The translations under genes were made by a program, and so were the position numbers. 64,000 bases of DNA. Origin: Flavobacteriales bacterium (GTDB taxonomy: Bacteria; Bacteroidota; Bacteroidia; CAIKAF01). Within the stretch, counting starts at the first letter, position 1. Each line of letters begins with the position of its first letter. The stretch spans positions 13,110 to 77,109 of the forward strand of contig JAKRSD010000007.1 in NCBI GenBank assembly GCA_022402535.1, read 5' to 3'. The notes beneath the pieces were generated by a model. That model was given only the letters and a program-made list of their open reading frames with translations, was not told where the DNA came from and made no database searches. Of this stretch, positions 31,545 to 42,221 are shown piece after piece.

Positions 31545-32042
31545 TTATTTAAGCCCCATTTTGGCTTTTACGGCCTCGGTAAAGTTGATCACATCTTCCG
31601 CATAGGCAAACACATCGCTGAAAAATACCGCGGAGGCCCCTCTTTCCGCAGCCACTTCTTTTACGGTTGCGTTTAGTTTGTCGTAAATGGGCTTCATTAG
31701 TTCTGTTTGTTTGGCATCCATGGTTTTGGCCATTTCCGCTTCCAGAGAAGAAATTTCTTTTTGCGCAACTTCCAGGCGGGCTACCTCTTTTTCATAATCC
31801 GCCTGAGATATATTTCCGGTGTTGATGCGGGTGCTGAACCGCTTAGAATCTTCCTGCAGTATATCTACTTTCACCTGAATTTCGGCCTGCATGGCTTTAG
31901 AAAGTACATCTAACTCTTCAGTGGCTTTTTTCATTTCGGGCATGGCTTCCAATATCTCGGCAGAGTTTATAAAACCATACTTCTGGGCGTTAGCACCAAA
32001 CATAAACAAAGCAAAAGCGGCTGTTAATAATGACTTCATCAT
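31545..32042 (-). CDS. OmpH/Skp-family periplasmic chaperone
   Basis: Signal peptide. KYGFINSAEILEAMPEMKKA matches the Skp N-terminus. Coiled-coil-rich, 165 aa. Confidence 0.8.
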   Translation of the reverse strand: MMKSLLTAAFALFMFGANAQKYGFINSAEILEAMPEMKKATEELDVLSKAMQAEIQVKVDILQEDSKRFSTRINTGNISQADYEKEVARLEVAQKEISSLEAEMAKTMDAKQTELMKPIYDKLNATVKEVAAERGASAVFFSDVFAYAEDVINFTEAVKAKMGLK

Positions 32043-32180
32043 AGCAATAAAAGAATAGGTTCAAATATAATAATATCAGGCAACTTCAGGCAATAATCAG
32101 GCCAATCGGCAGTATTTGGGCGAATCCGTAAGGCAGGTTGAAAAAAAAAGCCCATTTTTGAACCCCATTATTCAGAATAC

Positions 32181-34058
32181 ATGAAATACACAATGATTCC
32201 AATGGCAGGGCTGATTTTAATCGGCATGGCCGGATGCGGAAACAATAAAAACAAAACAGAACCTATGCAAACGAGCCATAAAAAAGACCCGCACAGTTAT
32301 TCAGAACCCTCTAAAGCGGTCATTACCCACTTGGAGTTATCGCTTTCGGTAAATTTTGATACCCGCAAACTTTCAGGCTCTGCCACATACGACATTCAGC
32401 GGAGTGCCGATGCGCAGGAACTTATTTTAGACACAAGGGATTTAACCATCTCCAAAGTGAGTCTGGATGATGATACGGCAGGATCTGCCTTTGCGACCGA
32501 AATTCCGGATGATATATTGGGAACGGCGCTCATCATCAAACTGAAACCCGAAACCCAAAAAGTTACCGTGTTTTACGAAACGGACCCCGATGCGGCAGCA
32601 CTTCAATGGTTGCAGCCTTCGCAGACTGCCGGCGGTAAAAAGCCGTTTTTGTTTACCCAGTCGCAGGCCATTCTTTGCCGTACCTGGATTCCCGTTCAGG
32701 ACAGTCCGGGAATCCGTTTTACGTACAATGCTAAAATTCAGGTTCCCGAGGGATATATGGCCGTGATGAGTGCCGAAAATCCCACGCAACGTTCCACAGA
32801 CGGAGTGTACACCTTCACACAGAAAAAAGCGGTGCCGGCTTATCTGATGGCATTGGCTGCCGGAGATTTTGATTATCATCAATACGACGACCGAACCGGA
32901 GTATATGCAGAACCTGCCACACTGAAAGCGGCCGTATATGAGTTTGACGAAACCCGCTCCATGCTTGATGCCGCAGAAGCGCTGTATGGTCCGTATGACT
33001 GGGGACGGTATGATATTCTGGTATTACCTCCTTCTTTCCCATTCGGAGGCATGGAAAATCCCTGCATTACGTTTGCCACTCCGTCCATCATAGCGGGCGA
33101 CAAATCGTTAAATTCACTGGTGGCACATGAACTGGCCCACAGTTGGAGCGGAAATCTGGTTACTAACCGCACCTGGGACGATTTCTGGCTCAACGAAGGC
33201 TTCACCGTATATTTTGAAAGACGCATCATGGAAAGCATCTATGGAAAAGAATATGCCGATATGCTGGGCGTGCTGGGTTATGGCGATTTAATGGAAACCC
33301 TGAAAGACATGAAAGAAGCCGGACAGGACGATGACACGAAGCTGAAACTGAATCTTGCCGGCCGTGATCCGGACGACGGCATGAATGATGTGGCCTATGA
33401 AAAGGGATGGTTATTCCTTTGTCAGCTGGAGCGTGAAGCCGGAAGAGAAGCATTTGATGCATTTTTGAAAAACTGGTTCCGCGATTTTGCGTTTAAAGGG
33501 GCCGATACGGAAGAGTTTATCGAATATCTGCAAGCCAATCTGATTGAGAAATCGGGAAAGAAATTTGAAACCGATCCTAAAAAGTGGATTTATGAACCCG
33601 GATTGCCCGAAGGATATGTGGCGCCCACATCTACCCGGTTACAAAAAATGGAAGACATGGCAGCAGCATATATGAGTACGGGAGTGGATGCCGTAAACCT
33701 GAGCGGACTTTCTTCACACGAAGTACAATATTTTCTCCGAAGCCTGCCCGATGATTTATCTACGGCTAAAATGGCGGCATTAGACCAAAAGTTCAACTTT
33801 ACGGAGCGCAAAAACAGCGAAGAGGCCTTTTTGTGGCTGCGTTTGGCGGTAATTAATAACTATGCGGATGCCTATCCGGCACTCGATCGCTTTTTAACCA
33901 CGATTGGCCGCCGAAAATTTGTGAAACCACTGTTTGAAGCCATGGAAAAAAATCCGGCAACCCGCGAGCTGGCGAGAGAAATCTACACCAAAGCCCGTCC
34001 CGGATATCATTCGGTAACGTACAACACCGTGGATGGAATTTTGAAATGGAATCCATAG
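32181..34058 (+). CDS. M1-family zinc aminopeptidase (leukotriene-A4-hydrolase-like C-terminal domain), lipoprotein
   Basis: Lipoprotein signal (..GMAGCGNN). GGMEN exopeptidase motif. HELAHSWSGNLVTNRTWDDFWLNEGFTVYFE (HEXXH-x18-E). 625 aa. Confidence 0.85.
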   Translation: MKYTMIPMAGLILIGMAGCGNNKNKTEPMQTSHKKDPHSYSEPSKAVITHLELSLSVNFDTRKLSGSATYDIQRSADAQELILDTRDLTISKVSLDDDTAGSAFATEIPDDILGTALIIKLKPETQKVTVFYETDPDAAALQWLQPSQTAGGKKPFLFTQSQAILCRTWIPVQDSPGIRFTYNAKIQVPEGYMAVMSAENPTQRSTDGVYTFTQKKAVPAYLMALAAGDFDYHQYDDRTGVYAEPATLKAAVYEFDETRSMLDAAEALYGPYDWGRYDILVLPPSFPFGGMENPCITFATPSIIAGDKSLNSLVAHELAHSWSGNLVTNRTWDDFWLNEGFTVYFERRIMESIYGKEYADMLGVLGYGDLMETLKDMKEAGQDDDTKLKLNLAGRDPDDGMNDVAYEKGWLFLCQLEREAGREAFDAFLKNWFRDFAFKGADTEEFIEYLQANLIEKSGKKFETDPKKWIYEPGLPEGYVAPTSTRLQKMEDMAAAYMSTGVDAVNLSGLSSHEVQYFLRSLPDDLSTAKMAALDQKFNFTERKNSEEAFLWLRLAVINNYADAYPALDRFLTTIGRRKFVKPLFEAMEKNPATRELAREIYTKARPGYHSVTYNTVDGILKWNP

Positions 34059-34143
34059 CCGGTTTATTATGTTTATGTTTCATTGATAAAAATCATATTT
34101 TTAATACGGTTTACCCACTACATTTACGCTAAATAAAACGAGC

Positions 34144-34989
34144 ATGAAAAAAATAATTTGTCCTGTAGATTTTTCTGACAACAGCTTGGATGCTGCAAGA
34201 TTTGCTTTGCGATTTGCCGCCATATCCGAAGCTAAAATTAAGTTTATATATGTTTCTTCCGTGTTGATTCCTACCGGTGGCATGTCATACGGAGTAGGCG
34301 TAGAGTCGCCTTCTTATCATTTGAAACTACGCACCGAAGAACTGGAGGAGCAGATTGATATCCTATACAAAGAGGCTAAAATTAAACGTGACCCCAAAAC
34401 GTCAATCTGTGAAGCAGTTGACTATGCCTCGCTGGTACATGGTGTTACTGAAACGGCTAAAAAATTCAAAGCCGATCTGATTATCATGGGTACCAAAGGG
34501 GCGGCAGGATTACGCAGAATTTTTATGGGAAGTGTAACAGCCTCCGTACTCGAAGAAGCGCCCTGCCCCGTATTGGCTGTTCCCGTGAATTTCAAAGCAA
34601 AATTCATTAAGAAAATCGGGATGGCTACCGAGTTGAAGCAGATTAAACGCGAAGCCAAAAAAGCCATTGATTTTGCCCGAATTTTTGATGCCCATCTGGA
34701 TTTATTCCACATAGGAAGCAACCAACCCGAAGATGCGGATAAAATGATAGAAGAACTGAAAACGAAAAACGGGTACGATAAAATCAGTTATACTGAAGTG
34801 AAACCCAAATACGAAGGCGATATCACGGGCGGATTAAACCAATACACGGCTTCTAAAAAGCCCGATGTGTTGATTATGTTTTACACAAAACGCAACTGGT
34901 TTAACAAACTCACACAGATCAGCCGCACCAAAGAAATGTTGTTCCATGCCGATACGGCTGTACTTTCTTTCCGCAGAGAAAAGAAATAA
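34144..34989 (+). CDS. Universal stress protein (tandem UspA domains)
   Basis: Two Usp halves: MKKIICPVDFSDNS...ADLIIMGTKGAAGLRRIFMGSVTASVLEEAPCPVLAV, and a second half with weaker conservation. Confidence 0.8.
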   Translation: MKKIICPVDFSDNSLDAARFALRFAAISEAKIKFIYVSSVLIPTGGMSYGVGVESPSYHLKLRTEELEEQIDILYKEAKIKRDPKTSICEAVDYASLVHGVTETAKKFKADLIIMGTKGAAGLRRIFMGSVTASVLEEAPCPVLAVPVNFKAKFIKKIGMATELKQIKREAKKAIDFARIFDAHLDLFHIGSNQPEDADKMIEELKTKNGYDKISYTEVKPKYEGDITGGLNQYTASKKPDVLIMFYTKRNWFNKLTQISRTKEMLFHADTAVLSFRREKK

Positions 34990-35136
34990 GTAAATCCATT
35001 TTTCGACTCATAGAAAGGACAAACTTCAGGTTTGTCCTTTTTTGTTGCGCTGAATTCAAAACAAAGACGTTATTCAAACAAAAAAGGGGTGCCTGTGCAG
35101 ACAACCCTTTTCTAATATTTTAGTTATTGAATGTGC

Positions 35137-37275
35137 TTAATAGAAGCGGCTTCTCATGTCACGCACTTCGGCGGCTGAGTTCATGGCTTCAAACGCTTCG
35201 GAGAAAGCGCGCTGACCCACCATTCTGCCCATGTCTAATTTTTGCTGCTGACCGGCAGGAGGAGTAGCTCCTTTGCTAACGGCATCCACAACCAATACAT
35301 ACACCCCGTTTACGCCTTTGAACGGTCCTATCAATTTACCTTGTGGCGCACCGGAAGCGGCACCTGTAATTGCAGGCTCATATCCGGCACCGGGTACGGC
35401 AAACGAAGTAAAAGTAATATCGGTGGCGGGTACTACCTGCTTTTTAATGGCAGCAGCTACCTGATCAATATTTCCGGATGAAGCGGCAGATTTCATTTCT
35501 TCGGTGAACATTTCCGCTTTTTTATCGCGTTTGGCAATGGTTACCAAATCGTCTTTTACTTCATCAAAAGAAGGAACACCTGCTTTTCTGGATTTAGTGA
35601 TAATGGCTACCACATAGCGGTTACCGATTTGCTCAATTGCACTCACATCTCCCACATTTTTCTGAAATGCCCAACGAACCATATTACGGCTGTCTTCTAA
35701 TCCCATGATTGTTTTGGCATTTTCTCTCAGGAAGTTGTCTTCCCGGATAAGATATTTACCGGATTTCATGGCGTTTTCAAAATCTGCAACGGTTTTATTG
35801 GCTACGGCAAATTCAGAAGCCTGGGAGTAAATACGGTTACCGGTTTCTTCACTGGCTTTAATCTCCGTAGAAACAAATGCAGTAAACACTTTGCCTACGG
35901 GCGCCGATTTTGCATCTGCTCTTACGATAGCATATACATCAGGCGTTTCCACTAATTTAATGCTGCCGATGCTGTTATTATAAGCCGTATCAATAATCGG
36001 ATTCATACCTTCTACTTCGTAAGCAATCCAACCGATATTTCCTGAATCTTTTGCGGTAGTAGGATCCTGACTCAGAGAGAATGCTAACGCTTTCAGATCA
36101 GCACCGCCCTTAATTGCATTCATAATACTGTCGGCTCTTTCTTTTGCATTAGCCACAGGCCCTTGTTGGTTATTTCTGGCTAGCAGCAGAGCCGTAATTT
36201 TCACGCTGTCGGCAGACGTTTTTTCCCCTAATTTTTTGGCTAAGTAAAAGGATGAACCATCGCGATAAGGTCCGTAAACAAATCCTTTTGGCGCATTAAA
36301 AAACTCATCACCCAATGAAACCGGCAATGCATCCTTGCGAAGATAACGCGGCTCATTTTGTAAATCAGAATGTTGAAAAACAAAACTGGTATCGTCATCA
36401 GACGCTTCAAATTCTGCTTTTAATGAAGTGATTTGAGTGAAAAGTGCAGCGCTGTCTGCGGGAGTGGGCAACACATCAAATATGGCAAAACGCAGACCGC
36501 GAATGGCGAAATCTGACTTGAAACGCATTTTATTGGCTTCATAAGCCTTTTTAAGTTCTGAATCAGAAACTTCAAGGGTACTGTCTGCTACTTCGGTGAA
36601 GGACTTTCCTACAAAACGGATATTGAAACGGTCACCATTTTCTGCATATTGACGGGCAACTTCTTTATCGGTTACGTACATTCCTTTTTCAATCAGCGTC
36701 TGATATTTGGTCTGTAATCTGTTTTTTTCAACGGCCGCTTCAAAGTTTGTCCATTGCGCCCGGCGCATTTTCCACTCTTCAAGTCCTTCTTCAGGAACCG
36801 CCGATTCGTCGCTGATATAATTCAGGTAATTCTGTAACTGGGCGGGATTATACACACCGGTAGCCGGATCGGTAAACTGCTGCTGCACGAATGAGTGAAC
36901 AAATTTACCGCCCAACATATCTTTCAGCTCTTCAGTGGTTACACGAAGACCAACACCTTCAAAGGCTTCATTCCAAACATACTGCTCGATGAACTCCTGC
37001 CAGGTTTCGTCAAGAATGCCCTGACGGGTTTCGTCATCTATGGAAGCACCCATGTTTATCTGAGAGTAAAAAGCCTCTTTCTGACGCAGACGCAAATCAA
37101 ATTCATCAATTTTAATGGATTTTCCATTCATCTCTCCTACGACATTGCTGTTGCCGCTTAAAAGATATCCGGCACTGGACAGCAGGTCTCCCAATACAAA
37201 TGCAAGGAGAGCTACTCCCACGAATACGATGAGGAGAACCCCCATTTTGTTACGTATCTTACCAATTACTGCCAT
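35137..37275 (-). CDS. Periplasmic chaperone/peptidyl-prolyl isomerase (PpiD/SurA-like)
   Basis: N-terminal IGKIRNKMGVLLIVFVGVALLAFVLGDLL (PpiD-type TM anchor). Parvulin-like segment. 712 aa. Confidence 0.8.
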   Translation of the reverse strand: MAVIGKIRNKMGVLLIVFVGVALLAFVLGDLLSSAGYLLSGNSNVVGEMNGKSIKIDEFDLRLRQKEAFYSQINMGASIDDETRQGILDETWQEFIEQYVWNEAFEGVGLRVTTEELKDMLGGKFVHSFVQQQFTDPATGVYNPAQLQNYLNYISDESAVPEEGLEEWKMRRAQWTNFEAAVEKNRLQTKYQTLIEKGMYVTDKEVARQYAENGDRFNIRFVGKSFTEVADSTLEVSDSELKKAYEANKMRFKSDFAIRGLRFAIFDVLPTPADSAALFTQITSLKAEFEASDDDTSFVFQHSDLQNEPRYLRKDALPVSLGDEFFNAPKGFVYGPYRDGSSFYLAKKLGEKTSADSVKITALLLARNNQQGPVANAKERADSIMNAIKGGADLKALAFSLSQDPTTAKDSGNIGWIAYEVEGMNPIIDTAYNNSIGSIKLVETPDVYAIVRADAKSAPVGKVFTAFVSTEIKASEETGNRIYSQASEFAVANKTVADFENAMKSGKYLIREDNFLRENAKTIMGLEDSRNMVRWAFQKNVGDVSAIEQIGNRYVVAIITKSRKAGVPSFDEVKDDLVTIAKRDKKAEMFTEEMKSAASSGNIDQVAAAIKKQVVPATDITFTSFAVPGAGYEPAITGAASGAPQGKLIGPFKGVNGVYVLVVDAVSKGATPPAGQQQKLDMGRMVGQRAFSEAFEAMNSAAEVRDMRSRFY

Positions 37276-37347
37276 AAACTCTTGTTTGCTTTTAAAAAAT
37301 AGGGTGCGAAGATAATAATTTTACATAATGATTTGTGCGGGTTTATT

Positions 37348-38640
37348 TTACTCCGCTTTTTGCCAAATTTTCACCTCTTCGATTTTACCGCCGTTGCGTT
37401 GGATAATCTGTACTTCAAAGGCTTCTAAATGCACGGTTTCCTGCTCCTCAGGGAGGCTCTCGTGTTCAAACATGATAAATCCGGCGAGGGTTGAATAATC
37501 TTCATGTTCAGGAATGCCTAATTTGTATTTTTCATTCAGGTACCTGATTTCATGACGGCCCGAAAAGAGATAGCCGCCACCGGGCAGTTCCTGCTCCGTC
37601 AGTTCTTCAGAGTCATGTTCATCTTCAATTTCTCCAAAAATCTCTTCCATCACATCCTCAATAGTCAGAATACCGGCGGTTCCGCCAAACTCATCCACCA
37701 CCAGGGCCATGCTCTTGCGTTTGCTGATAAACTGGCTCAACACTTCTTTTACAGCCATGGACTCAGGAATTATCAGAGGGGTTATCATCACCGAACGGAT
37801 ATCGGAAGGCTTTTTAAACAGGGCATACAGATGCACATAACCGATGATGTGGTCTATATCTTCCTCAAAAACCATAATTTTAGATAAACCCGTTTCTACA
37901 AATTTTTGCCTTAATTCATCTACCGACGCCCCCACTTCCACGGCTTCAATCTCCGTTCTGTGCACCATGCAGTCGCGCACTTTGGTGTGCTCAAATTCCA
38001 GCGCATTTTGCAGAATGATTAACTCATGGTCTATCTCCGATTCGTTTTCTTGTGAGTTTTCAGTGGCTTCACGCAGCAGATTATCCAAATCCATGCGGCC
38101 AAAGGTGGGGGTTTTCTCGTCTTTGCTGTACCCCGGCACCAGTTTCAGCAGTCCATCCGAAAGGGAGGCAGCTACAAATCCAAAGGGATAAAACACCCAG
38201 TAGAATAAAAAAGCTGGCACGGCAAACAGGTTGAGCACCCGGTTGGGGTTTAGCCGGAAAATGTTTTTGGGCAGGTATTCTCCCGTCACCAAAATAAGCA
38301 ATGTGGATATAATGGTTTGCAGAATGGTAACCGAACCTTCGGATTCGTAACCCAGTACATTGAAGGAAAGTTCTGTTAGCGGAGTGTGTAGAAGTTGGGC
38401 AAATAAAATTCCATAAAGAACCAGCACAATATTATTTCCGATAACCATGGTGCCGATAAATGAAGAAGGGCGGGCGGCAAAAAAAGAATTGATCTTCCCG
38501 GAAAGACTTCCCTGCTTTTTATCCAATTCAATTTTGAGACGATTGGCCGAAACGAAGGCGATTTCCATACCCGAGAAAAACGCCGACAATAAAACGGTCA
38601 GAACAATAAAAAATAAACTATCACCTGAATCCATAGTCAA
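37348..38640 (-). CDS. Hemolysin/CNNM family protein (DUF21 + CBS pair + CorC_HlyC); possible GldE homologue
   Basis: N-terminal DUF21 TM domain (FFIVLTVLLSAFFSGMEIAF), CBS pair, and a C-terminal transporter-associated domain. 430 aa. Confidence 0.8.
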   Translation of the reverse strand: MTMDSGDSLFFIVLTVLLSAFFSGMEIAFVSANRLKIELDKKQGSLSGKINSFFAARPSSFIGTMVIGNNIVLVLYGILFAQLLHTPLTELSFNVLGYESEGSVTILQTIISTLLILVTGEYLPKNIFRLNPNRVLNLFAVPAFLFYWVFYPFGFVAASLSDGLLKLVPGYSKDEKTPTFGRMDLDNLLREATENSQENESEIDHELIILQNALEFEHTKVRDCMVHRTEIEAVEVGASVDELRQKFVETGLSKIMVFEEDIDHIIGYVHLYALFKKPSDIRSVMITPLIIPESMAVKEVLSQFISKRKSMALVVDEFGGTAGILTIEDVMEEIFGEIEDEHDSEELTEQELPGGGYLFSGRHEIRYLNEKYKLGIPEHEDYSTLAGFIMFEHESLPEEQETVHLEAFEVQIIQRNGGKIEEVKIWQKAE

Positions 38641-38661
38641 AGCGTATAGGGGTAAAGCCAG

Positions 38662-38862
38662 TTATTTATTTTCTTGGTTTGCATCCGGTAAGTTTTTCCA
38701 GGTTTTGTATCTTCTGTAGAACAAAAAAACCGCCAGTCCAAAAGCCAAAAAATACACCCAGGAATCCACTCCATCCACCGAAACCTTATAAATGGCATAC
38801 ACCAACGCAAAAACTGTAAAAACAAGCCAAACTATGGTGGATACTAAATAATATTTTTTCAT
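38662..38862 (-). CDS. Small two-TM membrane protein (hypothetical)
   Basis: 66 aa with two hydrophobic helices. Wedged between the LptC-like and hemolysin genes. Coding status uncertain. Confidence 0.35.
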   Translation of the reverse strand: MKKYYLVSTIVWLVFTVFALVYAIYKVSVDGVDSWVYFLAFGLAVFLFYRRYKTWKNLPDANQENK

Positions 38863-38929
38863 GCTCCGGAGTACTTAACAAATATCGGCTAAGGTAAATA
38901 ATTACGGCAAATTTGAAAGTTTTGGTCCA

Positions 38930-39523
38930 TTACGGGAAATCGGAACCACCCTCATTTTCATTTAAGTAAAAATTTCCCTGTGGCCTGATAATCCGAGCCT
39001 TTGTAAAGGATTCATTGGCTTTTAATCCTTCCCCGAAAATGACCTCATCTCCTTTAAAAATTTTCACAAACGAATTAGTGACCAATTGCCGGTCCTGCGG
39101 ATTAGGGGAATTGAACCAGTACAGTTCATCCGTTTCGAGTCGTTCGCCCATTTCATTTTCTACGGATACATTACGATACGCTTCCATAATGTCGGAACCT
39201 CTCCGGATAATCGCACTGTCTGCTTTCATTACCGAAGTTACTTTGCCGTTCGGGGCAAAAAAATCTACATGCAGACCATGGGGTATAACGGTGTAACTTT
39301 CAGGCGGTCCGTATTCTTTGACTAATGGCGCTTTTATGCGTGCTTTTAAAACGGCACTGTCACTATATTCTATAACGATATCCGTACTGATAAGCTGGGG
39401 AAGTTTTTCGCCGGCATCAAATGCGGCAATGTCTTCGGGACTGTTTCCGCAGGAAAAGAAAAAAAGCATTCCGAAAATTATCGGAATGCCTTTACTCATT
39501 GTATTGACGGAGGCTTTACGCAC
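38930..39523 (-). CDS. LptC-like (OstA-fold) LPS-export periplasmic lipoprotein; alternatively GldD-like
   Basis: Lipoprotein signal IIFGMLFFFSCGN. The pattern KADSAIIRRGSDIMEAYRNVSVENEMGERLETDELYW resembles the LptC/LptA beta-jellyroll consensus. Sits upstream of the GldE-like gene. Confidence 0.45.
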   Translation of the reverse strand: MRKASVNTMSKGIPIIFGMLFFFSCGNSPEDIAAFDAGEKLPQLISTDIVIEYSDSAVLKARIKAPLVKEYGPPESYTVIPHGLHVDFFAPNGKVTSVMKADSAIIRRGSDIMEAYRNVSVENEMGERLETDELYWFNSPNPQDRQLVTNSFVKIFKGDEVIFGEGLKANESFTKARIIRPQGNFYLNENEGGSDFP

Positions 39524-39532
39524 ACTTTTAAA

Positions 39533-40885
39533 TTATCTTACTCTCAGGGTGGCCGATTCGCCGATCCAACAGCCGATGGATATTACATCGCCAGCTTTCT
39601 TTTCAGTAAAGAATACTTCTGTGTCAGCCGGATAGTTGGCGCGACAACGGGCCGCCTGTGCATTGGCTTTTTCTGATGAAGAAGGATCCACATTGATGGC
39701 CTGCATATATTTATCTACCGCGGCAGAAAACACGGCTCCTCTTACGGTGATATCATCACCTCCGCAGGATGCGGCACTGGCAGCATACATATCGCCGATC
39801 AGGATATACGGATCGCCCCAGTTCGGACGAAGCTGTAATGCTTTGCGGGCGTTATCACGGGCCTGGCTGTATTTCTTGTCATCGGCCTGAATACGGGCCA
39901 CAAACATCAGATACTGCGCTTTTTTGTCGTTATCGGTTTCCAGTTTGATGGCTTCATCCACATATTTCTGTGACTCAGAAACTTTATCATTGGCAATCAG
40001 GAACGAAGCATATTTAATATAGGCATCGGCCGTTTTGGCCGCTTCGGCATAAGCCAGGAATATCTGCCCTATAACAGGATCCTTTTTGTACGCTTCTTTT
40101 TTGGCACATTGTTTTTTATCCAGGTTGGCAGAGGCTTTTGCCAACCAGTCGGCATTCGTTTTATTGGCTTCAAACGTACGGGTGTAATATGCTAGAAGTG
40201 CTTCGCAATCCAAACATTTTTCAGAATATAAATCCACGTTTACTTGCGTTTTTACCCAGTTGCTGTCTTGCGTTTCGGCAAATTTCTTCTCGGTGATGGC
40301 ACTGGCTTTCCCATACAAATCAATAATATCGCTGCACTCCAGTTTTCCGGCGGCACGTTGTCTTTCAGCATAAAACATATACTGAATGATTACGTTCGCA
40401 TCCACCCCTTCGCCCGACAATTCAAAAGACTCTTTCAACAACGGGAAAATCAAATCATCCTCATTCTTTTTAAAGATAATCAGGTCTAACGCCTTACGGC
40501 CGATGTTTGTGCCTTTGTCGCCGAACTTGGCATTGGTTTCAGAAAGTAAAATTCTTCTGTCGTGGAGTTGCATCAGCGTATCCACGATACCTTTTCTGTA
40601 TTCCGCGTCTTTGTTCTGATTAAAAAGTGTTTTGTAAATGGTGTTTCCCCAAATATAGGTTCCCTGATACTGATCGGGACAGGTATTCCATATATATCTA
40701 AAAGCAGGAGTAGCCAAATCATAGTTCCGCTGTTTCATGTATTCAGACAACACCGAATACTGCTTTGCGCATTCCAGAGAATCTTCTGCGCTAACCCGGG
40801 TTTGGGCAGAAGCACCTAAATAACCTGATAAGGTTAGTACTAACGTTGCCGTTACGGCCAACAAAGTAGTGTTCTTCTTCATCAT
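39533..40885 (-). CDS. TPR-like repeat protein, secreted
   Basis: Signal peptide LAVTATLVLTLSGYLGASAQ. Helical repeat architecture. 450 aa. Confidence 0.55.
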   Translation of the reverse strand: MMKKNTTLLAVTATLVLTLSGYLGASAQTRVSAEDSLECAKQYSVLSEYMKQRNYDLATPAFRYIWNTCPDQYQGTYIWGNTIYKTLFNQNKDAEYRKGIVDTLMQLHDRRILLSETNAKFGDKGTNIGRKALDLIIFKKNEDDLIFPLLKESFELSGEGVDANVIIQYMFYAERQRAAGKLECSDIIDLYGKASAITEKKFAETQDSNWVKTQVNVDLYSEKCLDCEALLAYYTRTFEANKTNADWLAKASANLDKKQCAKKEAYKKDPVIGQIFLAYAEAAKTADAYIKYASFLIANDKVSESQKYVDEAIKLETDNDKKAQYLMFVARIQADDKKYSQARDNARKALQLRPNWGDPYILIGDMYAASAASCGGDDITVRGAVFSAAVDKYMQAINVDPSSSEKANAQAARCRANYPADTEVFFTEKKAGDVISIGCWIGESATLRVR

Positions 40886-40901
40886 TTTATTTTCCTTTTT
40901 C

Positions 40902-42221
40902 CTATTTGTATTTATACGTTCTGAACCAGTTGTCTTTTAAATTGAAAGCAAACACAAACCTCACGGTTTGTTCACGGGTATAAGCCGTTCCATTGGGAAT
41001 AGCCATTCCATATTCCATTCCCACGTTAAAGTTGGAAAGCAGTTTACGATCGATTAAGGCATTGGAAAGAACCGGTATACCTAACCCAAAACTTATGCCA
41101 ATCTCCTGAAACGGTTTTCCGCCCGCCAGCAGATAGGAGTTTCCGTAGCGTGCTCCCAAACGATAGGTGAGTTTGTTAAAAATGTTTTTCTGATTTTTTC
41201 CGTTGGGTTTAATTTCTCCGCCAAGCGATACCCGGTAGGCATTACCAAACAGCGGTTCCGGCTGGCTGTTGGCATAGCGGAATGAAGACCACATATTCAT
41301 ATTGAAATCGGCATTAATCGACCAAAATCCTTTTCTGCCCAGCGATACTCCTCCTCCAAACGAAGAAGGAAAACGCAGCTTCACTTTCTGGCGCTGCATG
41401 ATGGTATCTTCACTGTAGTAATTATCTACCAGTTCGCCGGTAAAATAGCGGGCATACACACTGCGGCGGGCGTTCATATTTTTACCTAAAGCATAGGTAC
41501 CGCCGAGAGTAAGTTTGAGTTTATCATTTAAATCTACCACGTATTGCGCTCCGAAATCAAATCCAAAATCGGCGATACGGGTTCCCGAAATCTGCTGCAC
41601 ATTGGTGCTTTGAAATCCATCGGGGAAAAAACTGGTTTTGAGGGTTTCAATATTCCCGATGTAGAAATACGTGTTGAATCCAATACTCAGTCCTTTTACG
41701 GGTGAACCTCCAAAACCGATAAACACCCGGTCTGTTCCCCCTTTACCTTCGTAAGAGTAGTTCACATCCAGTGTGTCGGTATCGTTGATGATCTGCTCTG
41801 TGGTTCCGAATTTGTAGCCCACATTAGAATACGGCGTATATCCGAAAGCCATGCCCACTCTATCTTTGAGCAAAGGAACAGCAATAGAAATCTGATTAAA
41901 ATAGGCCAGATCGGCCCGGCGTCTCTGACTGCCCCGGGTTCCGGTGATGGAAATCGTTTCGAAACCAAACTGAAGCTGGGTGGCATTAAATGCCGAATAT
42001 GAGGCCGGATTGTAAAAATTGATGTAGTCATCGGCACGCATGGCGTTGAACCCTCCGCCCATGGAAGCCAGCGGAACCACCGGATTAGAAACGGGTGTAC
42101 CGATTCCCAACTGGGAATAGGGATTGAATGTTCCCGACTGGGCAGCCGCCTGAACGGCGGAAAAAAGAACGGCAGAAAGAGCCAGAAGCCCGTGTTTATA
42201 ATGTATCGGGATTATTCGCAT
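40902..42221 (-). CDS. Outer-membrane beta-barrel protein, FadL/TodX-like (PorV-like?)
   Basis: Signal peptide. N-terminal GTFNPYSQLGIGTP...SMGGGFNAMRADDYINFYNPAS resembles the FadL-family N-terminus. Alternating beta-strand pattern and aromatic C-terminus (..FRTYKYK). Confidence 0.45.
   Translation of the reverse strand: MRIIPIHYKHGLLALSAVLFSAVQAAAQSGTFNPYSQLGIGTPVSNPVVPLASMGGGFNAMRADDYINFYNPASYSAFNATQLQFGFETISITGTRGSQRRRADLAYFNQISIAVPLLKDRVGMAFGYTPYSNVGYKFGTTEQIINDTDTLDVNYSYEGKGGTDRVFIGFGGSPVKGLSIGFNTYFYIGNIETLKTSFFPDGFQSTNVQQISGTRIADFGFDFGAQYVVDLNDKLKLTLGGTYALGKNMNARRSVYARYFTGELVDNYYSEDTIMQRQKVKLRFPSSFGGGVSLGRKGFWSINADFNMNMWSSFRYANSQPEPLFGNAYRVSLGGEIKPNGKNQKNIFNKLTYRLGARYGNSYLLAGGKPFQEIGISFGLGIPVLSNALIDRKLLSNFNVGMEYGMAIPNGTAYTREQTVRFVFAFNLKDNWFRTYKYK

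Noticed and set aside
38930-39523. Calling the 197-aa lipoprotein GldD (the gliding partner of GldE)
   Set aside because: The OstA/LptC-like sequence pattern fits better than anything I can recall of GldD, and the gene order relative to the GldE-like gene is ambiguous. It is left as LptC-like with low confidence.
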